Source: a virus. From it: 64,000 nt of DNA. How positions within the stretch are numbered: the first letter of the stretch is position 1; each line of letters starts with the position of its first letter. The notes under the pieces are model-generated. The model saw only the letters and a program-made list of their open reading frames with translations, was not told the DNA's origin and ran no database searches. Location: positions 8,172-72,171 of IMG/VR virus record IMGVR_UViG_3300009182_000050; one strand, given 5' to 3'. Positions 40,425 through 49,671 of the stretch are shown in pieces. The translations under genes were made by a program, and so were the position numbers.

Positions 40425-41390
40425 GTGTCAGAGCTTGAAAATTTTTTTCCTCCTGAGAAGCCAGCAGAAGACCCAACCGACGGCGAGCCTCGTGTAGATG
40501 CTCCTTATGACCGGCGGCCTGACTTATCGGAACTTGGTATCATAGAACACGAACGGGGCGTGTGCGAAGACACATTTGACAACCGGGCCACATTGCGGCG
40601 TGCCAAATTGAACTGGGACCCAGTGTATGACCAGTCCGGAGGGGCAACGGGTCTTATTGCGGCGAGGTCCCAAGAGTCATCCGTTGAGCGACGGTTGCTC
40701 AGTTTAGCTGAAAAGAAGCCGCTGCTAACGGACCCAAAAAATAATAACTCAGATTTCCTAACCGGTCTTGACCTTCTGGTTGATGACGCGGCGTGCAAGA
40801 TTGTCCCACCGTGGGTGTTGGGCTCAACTCGTGCTTGGCAGCTGGAACAAAATAACGGTGGTCCGGCCAGCCCTAACCGCCAACCTGCTGGCCTGCCTCA
40901 TCGGTGCCGCATTATGAAATCAGACGGCCTGCGTTGCCAGTTGTGGTCATCGGGTCGCATCAAGGATGACGGCCTGTGTCGTGTGCATTTGAAGACGGTT
41001 CGTAAACCGGGTGAGGATGTTGAACGGGCAAGACGCAAACTCATCCAAGCTGCACCGTACGCTGTAGATGTTCTTGAAGAATTAATGGAAACGGCTGAGT
41101 CTGAACCGGTGCGTCTGAAGGCGAGCACCGAGATTCTTGACCGTGCCGGCGTGCGTGCTGGTATGGATTTGAGCGTGGACATTGAAGTTAACGATGCACG
41201 GCCTCCGCATGTAATTGTGGCGGAACGGTTGCAACGGCTTGCTGCTGGAGCTGCAAACATTGCCGCTCAGTTGGAAGCAACAAATAATATTATAGATGCC
41301 GAAGTTGTTGAGAGCAGCGGCGAGCCAGTACAGGAAAAAAATTCTGAGGAACCAACGGATGCTCAGTCGGATGAGAGCGGCGAGCGATGA
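40425..41390 (+). CDS. Putative terminase small subunit-like protein
   Basis: RC...RC...CRVH zinc motif then A.DVLEEL...SEPVRLKASTEILDRAG and IIDAEVVE tail. Confidence 0.5.
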   Translation: MSELENFFPPEKPAEDPTDGEPRVDAPYDRRPDLSELGIIEHERGVCEDTFDNRATLRRAKLNWDPVYDQSGGATGLIAARSQESSVERRLLSLAEKKPLLTDPKNNNSDFLTGLDLLVDDAACKIVPPWVLGSTRAWQLEQNNGGPASPNRQPAGLPHRCRIMKSDGLRCQLWSSGRIKDDGLCRVHLKTVRKPGEDVERARRKLIQAAPYAVDVLEELMETAESEPVRLKASTEILDRAGVRAGMDLSVDIEVNDARPPHVIVAERLQRLAAGAANIAAQLEATNNIIDAEVVESSGEPVQEKNSEEPTDAQSDESGER

Positions 41391-41551
41391 CAACGGAAAA
41401 TATAATAGCAGCGGCGAGCAAGCTAGCCGATGAGCTAACTGGTGACATTGAACTCGCGAAGAACCGGGAAGACCACATCCGAGTAACGGCGAGGGCTAAC
41501 GCAGCTAGGGAACTGGTTAATCTTTTAACGGCCAGCGGCGTGCAGGCCTGA
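41387..41551 (+). CDS. Short hypothetical protein
   Basis: ATGA overlap; MTTENIIAAASKLADEL... Confidence 0.55.
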   Translation: MTTENIIAAASKLADELTGDIELAKNREDHIRVTARANAARELVNLLTASGVQA

Positions 41552-41643
41552 CCCCCCAGAAATTTTTTTCCTAACGGCCAGCTCCTGCAGCTCCGGAGAA
41601 AAACCTGCAGCAAGAAAAAATAATAACGGCGTGCACTGAAGGC

Positions 41644-41762
41644 TTGACAAACGAAGCCAACCGTGCTAACGTATGTAACGAGTGCTGGTGGGGAAGCTGG
41701 TACTCAACCGATGAACCTCAGGGTTTCGCTTAACGGCGAGAGGCCTGGGGTTTTTCGTTTTT
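41644..41762 (+). ncRNA. Candidate small RNA (promoter, two hairpins, U-tract, no ORF)
   Basis: TTGACA at 41644 and TGcTAACGT; stems gagtgc/gtactc and cctcagg/cctgggg; ends in tttttcgttttt. Confidence 0.4.
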
Positions 41763-42022
41763 AACTGGGACTGGGGAGGTAGCTCGCCTGGCGGATGTAC
41801 AAATTATAATTTCCGCTTTCCCAGGCACTGGAAACTTGAACAGCTTTTGAACAGCTTTTGATTTGAAACGGTTGAAACGGTTGTCTACCGGGGAAGATGA
41901 CCAAGTTATTATCTTTTCCCGAAAAACCCCTTAGGGACATAAAACTCAGATTTGCAAAATCTTTTTCAAACTTTTTTCAAAAACTTTCAAAAAATGTCAG
42001 ACCCCTGTGTAACAATGTATTT

Positions 42023-42262
42023 ATGACACATTCACAGAACGACCCAGACACAACCGCAAACTATCTAGGCTTGATGCTGATGATGGGATTCCCAGCAACT
42101 TCGCTGCAGAAGTTCGGGAATGAAATTGAGATTCCAGATGGTGCTATTGAAGACCGGCTTCTGGAAATTGCAAAGCTTCGGAACAACCTTCCAGAAGTTG
42201 TTGACCCTGATACCGGACTCAATGCTGAAGTCATTGATTTGTTCACAAAGCGTCCGATTTGA
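42023..42262 (+). CDS. Hypothetical protein
   Basis: ATG at 42023 after a promoter-like sequence. Confidence 0.5.
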   Translation: MTHSQNDPDTTANYLGLMLMMGFPATSLQKFGNEIEIPDGAIEDRLLEIAKLRNNLPEVVDPDTGLNAEVIDLFTKRPI

Positions 42263-42319
42263 CACGAGGCCTGAAAGGGCGTAAACTCCATCATAGATTC
42301 ATTACGAAGGGAGAATCAC

Positions 42320-42472
42320 ATGCGTAATTGCGACATTTGCAAAGACCGCGAATCAAAGTACGATGCTCGTACGATTTGGGGTCCTTGGGCTTATGTGTGC
42401 GAGAACTGCTTCAAGCAGTACACACATAACAAAGTTGAACTCGGTTTTGCTACCAAGTTGACAGCGGCGTAA
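42320..42472 (+). CDS. Short zinc-binding hypothetical protein
   Basis: GAAGGGAGA RBS; CDIC...YDART..GPWAYVCENC. Confidence 0.65.
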   Translation: MRNCDICKDRESKYDARTIWGPWAYVCENCFKQYTHNKVELGFATKLTAA

Positions 42473-42486
42473 GACCCGTGTATAAC
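42458..42486 (+). promoter_or_regulatory. Sigma70-type promoter
   Basis: TTGACA (42458) - 17 nt - TATAAC (42481). Confidence 0.7.
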
Positions 42487-42492
42487 TGAATA

Positions 42493-42730
42493 ACAACATT
42501 CTATCCCTAGATTATTTTGGACATTTAGGGCTAGATAACCGCACAGGCCTGAGGGTTTTGCCTTACTCCTCCCTCAGACTTTTGGGAGTGCGTTGTCCCG
42601 GCACTCGCGAACACGGGACACTTAAGTTTCCTAACTCAAAAGGTTAGGATTTCGCAAGCATCAAAGGAACGGTTCTGGAGATGCGAGGCTTGGTGGGTTG
42701 CTCCGCCACCTGCGAACACGGAGCATTTCA
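42493..42730 (+). ncRNA. Candidate structured RNA / long leader with two H-type pseudoknots
   Basis: Multiple hairpins plus pseudoknots at 42586-42620 and 42692-42725 with shared loops and compensated stems. Confidence 0.55.
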
Positions 42731-42754
42731 AACTACAGAAGGAAAAAAACTACA

Positions 42755-42976
42755 GTGACAAAACAACTGACCGGCATGCCGTGGCTTCGCCAGCGCATGA
42801 CCACACTGAAATACACATCACTAGAGCAAGTAGCTGTTGACATGGGAATCAACCGTGGCAACCTGTACCGGTACTTCGCGTTAGAGACGCGGCCAAGTAT
42901 CGCGATGCTTCCGGTGATGACAGAAGTTCTCGGCGTGAAGACGGACGAGATGCTACGCGTACTGGAAGTCAAGTAA
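42755..42976 (+). CDS. XRE-type HTH protein
   Basis: SLEQVAVDMGINRGNLYRYF...RPS; GTG start after GAAGGA. Confidence 0.75.
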   Translation: MTKQLTGMPWLRQRMTTLKYTSLEQVAVDMGINRGNLYRYFALETRPSIAMLPVMTEVLGVKTDEMLRVLEVK

Positions 42977-43373
42977 TGGAATACCTAATCGGTTCTATTA
43001 TTTTGATAGTCGGCCTGATTGGATACTCCATCTGGTGGGACTTGTACAAATCACGGCGTGTACTTATCCCAATCATCTTCAATCAGAAGAAGTATGAACG
43101 GATACAGAACGGCCTGGATAAGCACATTGAAGCGATGTGGGAACTAGCTGGAGGAAAAAAATAGTGACGGACATCTTTCAGAGATTTGTCGCAGACATCT
43201 CTAACGAATACGGTTACTTCTGCGAAGAAGAAGGTAACACGGTGTCAATCTACAAATCGGCTCAATCCGTTGAAACCGGTGCTCAGAAGATTGGCAATTA
43301 CAAAGACACAAAGACATCAACCAAGTGGGCTAAAGCAGCTATCTCATTGATTGCAGAGATTGCAGCAGCCTAG
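42976..43373 (+). CDS. Two short hypothetical proteins (42976-43164 membrane; ~43164-43373)
   Basis: Coupled ORFs followed by terminator-like hairpin at ~43385-43435. Confidence 0.55.
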
Positions 43374-43623
43374 CAAGAAAAAATAAATCCCCCTTCAAGC
43401 TGGTGCAAAGATGCCAGCAAGGGGGATTTTCTTTTTGCTAGGTCCGGGAAAAAAATTTTTGATACCTCGTGCGGCCGGCCAACTCAGCTGCCCCCGGACC
43501 AGAAAAGATAATTTCGGTTCTCGTCATCTCCGGCGATTGACGACACGCTACGATTTGACAAAAAAGAAATAATAGACATAGAATCAGTTTTGTAAGTCCA
43601 ACACCTACACAAGGGAGATACCA

Positions 43624-43824
43624 GTGAACTGGAATCAGTTTCTAAATGCAGTACGCGAGAGTTACAACTTCTGGGAAGATGAAGAAACTCTCACCAAGTT
43701 ACAAGATGCTTTCTACAACACAGAGAAAGATGTTGAGAACGAAGGCAACGAAGAACTTGACCAAGATGGTTGGTGGGAGATTGCAATCATCAACATCGAG
43801 CAACTCGGATTTGAGGTGAAGTAG
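43624..43824 (+). CDS. Short acidic hypothetical protein
   Basis: TTGACA promoter at 43555 and AAGGGAGA RBS. Confidence 0.65.
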   Translation: MNWNQFLNAVRESYNFWEDEETLTKLQDAFYNTEKDVENEGNEELDQDGWWEIAIINIEQLGFEVK

Positions 43825-43826
43825 AG

Positions 43827-44354
43827 ATGCCAAACTGGGTCTACAACTCGTTACTCATAGAAGGTGACGAAGACACGATTGACAAACTTCGTGCGACTCT
43901 CAAACAGCCTCACGACTTAGTAGATGGTGGTACTCCATACAAAGTGGACCAACCAATCTCATTTCATAACATCGTGCCGCTACCTTCAGAAGAACTAACC
44001 ACGATTGACCAGCACACAGCGTGGGGAACAAAATGGGACGCTTGTTATCCAGAAGAAAGTGATGCTGATGATGTCACACAACTCGTCTACACTTTCCAGA
44101 CTGCGTGGTCTGTTCCTACTCCGGTGATGTACGCACTCGCAACTCAATGGCCGACTCTGGACATCTTTCTTGACTTTGAAGAAGAGACAGGTTGGTTCGG
44201 AGAACTTCAATTCAAAGGTGGAGTTATGGTCAAGGAAAGCTTCATCGAACCTGTCTGCCATCAAGACTATGTTGATGGTGACAGAGTGTGTCAATGCGAG
44301 AATGACGAAGCACGATACGAAGACTGTCCAAACTACGAAGACCCTGAAGACTAA
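43827..44354 (+). CDS. DUF1281/YubB ferredoxin-like domain protein
   Basis: MPNWVYN, WGTKWDA, FQTAWSVP. Confidence 0.8.
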   Translation: MPNWVYNSLLIEGDEDTIDKLRATLKQPHDLVDGGTPYKVDQPISFHNIVPLPSEELTTIDQHTAWGTKWDACYPEESDADDVTQLVYTFQTAWSVPTPVMYALATQWPTLDIFLDFEEETGWFGELQFKGGVMVKESFIEPVCHQDYVDGDRVCQCENDEARYEDCPNYEDPED

Positions 44355-44358
44355 GGAC

Positions 44359-44428
44359 GACACGCGGTTTTCTAGATGGATTTGACATTGGAATAATAAG
44401 TCGCTAATGTCTGTTATGTAAGACAAAA
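44359..44428 (+). promoter_or_regulatory. Repeated early-type promoter cassette (near-copies at 50046-50110 and 50570-50640)
   Basis: GACACGC...ATTTGACA..GGAA.AATAAGTC..TAATGT...TTATGTAAGA with 17-nt spacing in all three. Confidence 0.75.
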
Positions 44429-44547
44429 TAACTGAATAAAGATTCTCTAGCAGATACGATTTGAAAATGTCATAGAGTGATGCTAGAGTGTGAATACTTC
44501 ATTAGAAGGTCTACTGAAGTAAGACACCTACAAAGGGGTGATGCGGT

Positions 44548-44889
44548 GTGAGTACCGCAACTGTAAGCAAGACCAAGACCACGACAGCAGTCGTCTTGGA
44601 GTCCAATACCATTGCACTTGATGGTACGAATCTCGCTGAGCTTATCGCTACGCTCAACGACACCAAAGATGCACTCAAGGTGCTAGAAGCACAAGAGAAG
44701 GCAACTCGCTCTGCAATTCTAGATTTGATGCAGGGTGCTGAAGAAGCCACCATTGGTGGAGTCGTTCAGGTCAAGGCAGTAGAGCAGACTCGCTCTGGCA
44801 TTGACAGCAAGATGCTCAAGGAAGTTTTCCCTGAAGCAGCCTCTGCTTGTGCGACCAGCACGACCTACACGACTCTGCGAGTCAAGTAA
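44548..44889 (+). CDS. Hypothetical protein resembling YqaJ C-terminal region
   Basis: Coiled coil then R.GIDSKMLKEVFPE; AAAGGGGTG RBS. Confidence 0.6.
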   Translation: MSTATVSKTKTTTAVVLESNTIALDGTNLAELIATLNDTKDALKVLEAQEKATRSAILDLMQGAEEATIGGVVQVKAVEQTRSGIDSKMLKEVFPEAASACATSTTYTTLRVK

Positions 44890-45019
44890 GTTCTCGTCAA
44901 GTCGGGGGGTGCGACACACCATCTCACTCCCCGATTTGACACCATTCTAGAAGTAATGTACCTTTAGAGATGTAAGACAGTAAGACACCAAAACGACACC
45001 TACACAAGGGAGAAATAAA

Positions 45020-45481
45020 GTGAGCACAGCATCACTCGTAGCACCGGCTACAAAAGAAGTTCAGGGTTGCGCGTTCTACGCGGAATTCACGAACGCTGCT
45101 GGTGACATCTATCAGATGTTCATCACGCCAGATGGTATCAACGAAGAGGGAGACTTCGTAGTCTCTCATGTATTCAAGCGTCGCTTGACTGCCGAAGCTC
45201 AGAAGAAGCAGTGGAGAACTACGGTTCTTTCAGCGATGCTGGTGGACGAAAATGGAATGAGCACAGAAGAACATCGCTTGACTCGTCTCAACAACATCAA
45301 AGACACATTGAATCGTCTCAACTTGCGTTTCACGCTCGTGGGTGAACCATTCTTTGTTGAAGTATCAAAAACAGACTTGAGTGAAATCGCTCAAGGTAAG
45401 ACACCAATCAAAGTAATCTATCGAATTGGACAGACTCGCAAAGGCTTAGGCTTTGACGAGATGTTCGCAGAAGCCAAGTAA
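45020..45481 (+). CDS. Hypothetical protein upstream of AAA ATPase
   Basis: TTGACA promoter at 44936, AAGGGAGA RBS. Confidence 0.7.
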   Translation: MSTASLVAPATKEVQGCAFYAEFTNAAGDIYQMFITPDGINEEGDFVVSHVFKRRLTAEAQKKQWRTTVLSAMLVDENGMSTEEHRLTRLNNIKDTLNRLNLRFTLVGEPFFVEVSKTDLSEIAQGKTPIKVIYRIGQTRKGLGFDEMFAEAK

Positions 45482-45495
45482 GGGAGAAAATCATA

Positions 45496-46542
45496 ATGGC
45501 TACTATCAAAGACACATACGCAATCATAGGCACGACTTTCGCATCTCGTCTTGACGAGTTTATGGCTCAATCAACTGTCGTTGATGCTGCACTTCGCATC
45601 AACTCAATGGTGACTCCACAGGGTCGCTACACGAAGCGAGCACCACGCACCACGAAGCCAAAGAGCACGACACCAGCAGTTGATGTTGATGTAGTTTCTG
45701 CGACTTCTGTAATCGCAAGTGAAGATAACATCTTTACTCGTCCTAATGGCTCTGCCTATCACGCACGCAAGTGGGGTGAACATCAAGATGTCGCAACTCT
45801 TCGCAAAGCTCGTGAAGCAACTGCGATGGTGATGTCAGGTGTTGTAGGTTCGCCTATGTTCGCACTTCTCTATGGTGCGCCGGGAACTGGCAAGACTGCT
45901 CTCGTTGAGGGTGCGTTTGGTGAAGTCAATCTTGTAATGGGAACTGGCGACACAGAAGTCTCTGACTTCATTGGTGGTTATGTTCAGACTCCATCAGGTG
46001 GCTTTGAGTGGATTGATGGTCCACTACTAAAGGCCGCAGAAAATGGTGAAGTTATCTTCATTGACGAGATTGGTCTCATTGACCCAAAGGTCTTGTCTGT
46101 TGTTTATGGAGCGATGGACGGTCGCAAGGAAATCGTAGTAACTGCGAATCCGGAGCGCGGAGCAGTCGCTATCAAAGAAGGTTTCTATGTTGTAGCAGCG
46201 ACTAACCCTAACGCTCCCGGCGTTCGACTTTCGGAAGCATTACTATCTCGCTTTACTATTCAAGCAGAGATGGCAACTGACTGGTCACTTGCTCGCACTC
46301 TACATGTTCCAACTGCGATTGTGACTTGCGCTCAAAACTTGAGCAAGAAGCAAAGTTCAGGTGAAGTTAGTTGGTCTCCACAGATGCGTGAGTTGCTCGC
46401 GTTCCGCGACATCGCAGGTGTCTTTGGTAACACATTCGCTGTATCAAACCTACTCGCCTCTGCACCAGAGATGGACCGACCTGTTGTGTCTGATGTCCTG
46501 TCTCGCGTGTTCGGTAGCGAGTGCAAGCCAGCGAGAATCTAA
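45496..46542 (+). CDS. MoxR/CbbQ-NirQ-NorQ (CobS-like) AAA+ ATPase
   Basis: YGAPGTGKT, WIDGPL, IFIDEI, AATNP, LSEALLSRF. Confidence 0.88.
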   Translation: MATIKDTYAIIGTTFASRLDEFMAQSTVVDAALRINSMVTPQGRYTKRAPRTTKPKSTTPAVDVDVVSATSVIASEDNIFTRPNGSAYHARKWGEHQDVATLRKAREATAMVMSGVVGSPMFALLYGAPGTGKTALVEGAFGEVNLVMGTGDTEVSDFIGGYVQTPSGGFEWIDGPLLKAAENGEVIFIDEIGLIDPKVLSVVYGAMDGRKEIVVTANPERGAVAIKEGFYVVAATNPNAPGVRLSEALLSRFTIQAEMATDWSLARTLHVPTAIVTCAQNLSKKQSSGEVSWSPQMRELLAFRDIAGVFGNTFAVSNLLASAPEMDRPVVSDVLSRVFGSECKPARI

Positions 46543-46683
46543 CTCCCTTTAGGTTCTCGCTAGGGTGGGGTTGAGTCGCACTTGGTGTCGCGACTCCCCC
46601 ACCCACCACTCAACTTGACACCATCATAGAACTACTGTAACTTTGGTCTTAGACACACAGACCCTTTTAGGGAAGGACAAGAA

Positions 46684-48462
46684 ATGGCACATCTAGACAC
46701 AGCAACAACAGAGCAAGGAACTCGTCACAATGAGTGGCTCACAGTTGGAGCACAGATTGGACAGCTCGTCAATGAGGCAGCAGGTCGCTACGACCTTGTA
46801 GGTCTTGCAGGACCTGTCGCCGGTAGTGGAGCACCAGCGTGTTTCAAGCCAGCGATTGCGGAAGTTGAAGTGAACACCACAGTCGCGTTCGGCGCAGGTA
46901 CAACACCAGAGATGATTGGTGACATCAACCTACGCGAAACTCAATACGAGTTTCCAAAAGCAACTGGAGCAATTCTTCACGAAGCTTTTCACGCAAGATT
47001 CTCTGCTTGGGAACTTGTAGATGCTCAAGCAGTTCTCAAAGCAGACGAGTACGAAGCACTCGTGCTACTTGAAGAGACTCGCATTGAGAAGCAGGGTCTT
47101 GACCTTGACTACAAGAATCGCGTGTTCTTGCGTGCATCAGCACTTGAGATTGCACTAGGTGACATTGAGGCCGCCAAAGAAGCAAGTAGTGTTTCACAAC
47201 TTGCACAGTTGGTTGGTCTGATTCACGGACGAGTGCTCGCCGGTATTCTTGAATTTGACGAAGTTGAAGAAGTCATAACATCTGTGAACTCCGCACTTGG
47301 TGAAGACATCGTTCGCCAACTCTCAACTATCTTGCGTAAGTTTCAATCACACTACAACAATTCAGATTTGACTGATGTCTACCCACTAGCAATCGAATGG
47401 GCACGAATCGTTCGCGAAGCAAAAGAAGAGCGTGGCGAAACTGATGGTGGTTCAGGTTCAGGTGCAGGTGCTGGAGAGATTGCAGAGATTCTTGAGAAGT
47501 TAGCAGAAGCAGCTGATGGAGTTTCTATCAAGAACTATGGCGAACTTTGTGACCAGCAAGAAAGCGAAGAGTGGGAGCAAGAAGTCAAAGAGCGTGCATC
47601 AGCATCTAAAGAACAGCACGAGCACGCAAGCGAAGCAGCAGAAGTATTTGGTAAAGGTACAGGACCTGCACCAGAGTCTTCAACAACAAGTCACCTGATT
47701 GAAACTCGCAAGCCTACAAGTAGCGAGCGTTCGGCAGCAGTTGTGGTTGCTCGTATGCTTGAGAAAGCAAAGTATCGTGAGCGCGATGCGATTGAGATTA
47801 CCAGCGTACTTCCTCCCGGTCGTCTTCGCACAAAGGCTCTCGTCCAGCAAGCAGCACTTCGCGACAAGGGCATACACAAACCTGTTGAAGCTTTCCGCAA
47901 GACTGTACGCAAGCACACAGACGACCCAACTCTTTCTGTTGGTGTCTTGGTAGACATCTCTGGCTCAATGAACTCTGCGATGAACCCAATGGCAGTTACA
48001 GCGTGGGTAATGAGCGAAGCAGTAAAGCGTGTTCAAGGTCGCGCATCTATGGTCTACTTTGGTCAAGATGTATTTCCAACTCTCAAAGCCGGACAAAGCC
48101 TTGATGATGTGAATGTGTATTCCGCGACAGATGGCACAGAGAAGTTTGACAAAGCGTTCAAGGCTCTTGATGGCTCTCTCAACCTGCTACACGGAAATGG
48201 AGCACGATTGCTAGTTGTCGTCTCTGATGGCTGCTTTACAGGTAAAGAAGTCAAAGCGACACGCAAGTGGATTGCTAGATGTGAGCAAGCCGGAGTTGCG
48301 GTATTGTGGATACCGTTCGATGGTGGCTATCACGCACGGAAACTCTTGAGCGACTCAAAGGTGAAACCTTTAGTCGGAGTGAGTGACCCTGTTGAGGCCG
48401 CCACAGAAATCGGGCAAGCGTGCGCTAAGGCTCTTACTCAAGCAGGTGCTCGCAACTCATAA
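46684..48462 (+). CDS. vWA-domain protein with N-terminal HExxH metallopeptidase-like region (CobT-like)
   Basis: ILHEAFHA, LEETRIE, GRL, VLVDISGSM MIDAS, VVVSDG. Confidence 0.88.
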   Translation: MAHLDTATTEQGTRHNEWLTVGAQIGQLVNEAAGRYDLVGLAGPVAGSGAPACFKPAIAEVEVNTTVAFGAGTTPEMIGDINLRETQYEFPKATGAILHEAFHARFSAWELVDAQAVLKADEYEALVLLEETRIEKQGLDLDYKNRVFLRASALEIALGDIEAAKEASSVSQLAQLVGLIHGRVLAGILEFDEVEEVITSVNSALGEDIVRQLSTILRKFQSHYNNSDLTDVYPLAIEWARIVREAKEERGETDGGSGSGAGAGEIAEILEKLAEAADGVSIKNYGELCDQQESEEWEQEVKERASASKEQHEHASEAAEVFGKGTGPAPESSTTSHLIETRKPTSSERSAAVVVARMLEKAKYRERDAIEITSVLPPGRLRTKALVQQAALRDKGIHKPVEAFRKTVRKHTDDPTLSVGVLVDISGSMNSAMNPMAVTAWVMSEAVKRVQGRASMVYFGQDVFPTLKAGQSLDDVNVYSATDGTEKFDKAFKALDGSLNLLHGNGARLLVVVSDGCFTGKEVKATRKWIARCEQAGVAVLWIPFDGGYHARKLLSDSKVKPLVGVSDPVEAATEIGQACAKALTQAGARNS

Positions 48463-48534
48463 CTGAATAACACAGACCCTTGTCGTCGGGTATCGTCCTT
48501 CCAGCGTGTGTCAGCCTTACGACAAGTTTTGGAA

Positions 48535-48567
48535 AAGCCTCTGCCAATCGGTGGGGGCTTTTTCTTT
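48535..48567 (+). terminator. Intrinsic terminator after vWA gene
   Basis: aagcctctgcc-aatc-ggtggggctt followed by T-tract. Confidence 0.7.
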
Positions 48568-48644
48568 GGTCGGCGTGTTGTGATTTGACAAGATGTCAGG
48601 GGGAGCGTGTATGATAGGTACATAACACCTACAAGGGAGAAATT

Positions 48645-48944
48645 ATGAAAAGACTTACAAAAGAATACGCAATCGTATTTGACGGCGACCGCTCAAACAT
48701 TGTTCTATCGGACGGCGTGGAAGCGTATGTGACGGCGTACTTCTCGGAGCTGATTGACGATAGTCGCGCACGGTTGGTATCTTTTGACCGGAGCGAGATG
48801 ACGGCGGTCTACTCATACGAACCAGCAGACTGCTTGGCGTGCTGTGAGACCGATGAAGACAACGGCGAGGACATCTGTACGAAGCACCAAGAGACGGTAG
48901 AACTTGAGTACCGGTCCGTTGATGTATGGACGGCGGTCTCATAA
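48645..48944 (+). CDS. Hypothetical protein
   Basis: Promoter at 48585, AAGGGAGA RBS; CLAC motif. Confidence 0.65.
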   Translation: MKRLTKEYAIVFDGDRSNIVLSDGVEAYVTAYFSELIDDSRARLVSFDRSEMTAVYSYEPADCLACCETDEDNGEDICTKHQETVELEYRSVDVWTAVS

Positions 48945-49671
48945 CGGGACGGCTCTCGACTGGCGGTAAGAAGAGCAGGAAAAAAACTTGACGGCCAGCT
49001 TCTGAAGCAGTGGGGAAGTAAAACATAGGGCAACTGGTCCTACCGAATACGACCGGAAAATTGATTAGACGGCGAGAACCCAGACGAACGGTGTCTGGGT
49101 TTCTTTGTGTCCGGACCCAGATGACGGCGTGCTGTGTAGGAAAAAAACTTTGCGGCGTGCTTGTATGTAGCACTGAAGATGACGGAGTGCTAACGGGTGG
49201 GAAAAGATAAGTTCTAGATGCTGGGACTGAAGACCGGATTGCCGGGTAGTTACCGGGTAACTAGCTGCTCTAGCTGGTGGGGAAAAAATAATAAGCGGCT
49301 GAAGACTGGGTCGTCAGCTCCCAGGCGCAGCCGAAGAAAAGATAAGTTCCAGATGCTGATGACGCGCAGCTGGAAGATGGCCAAAAATTTTTTTCCCGTA
49401 GCTCGCAGCCGAAGCTTCGCCGCTTAGGAAAAGATAATTTCCCCGGTTCCCGGTTCCCAGGCAGCTCCGGATTTTCCAGCTGGTCAGGAAAAAAATTATG
49501 CGCCGCACAATCCAGATGCCAGCTGAGCTGACCAGGCCGATTTTTAATTTTATTTTGCGTTATCAAATTGTTATCAAAATAATCTCATTTGGATTTGCTT
49601 TTATCATAGAGGTACGCTATGTTTAGTTTTGTAAGTAAAACACTTACGACACCTAACAAGGGAGAAATGAA

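Noticed and set aside
39853-40476. 207-aa minus-strand ORF
   Set aside because: Antisense to the holin; no recognisable features
42586-42725. HDV-like ribozyme (GCGAA next to a GGGAC-like strand)
   Set aside because: No P3/L3 or P4 elements; geometry is a simple H-type pseudoknot
49200-49550. Spaced repeats as a CRISPR array
   Set aside because: Repeats are short, degenerate, irregularly spaced and in mixed orientation
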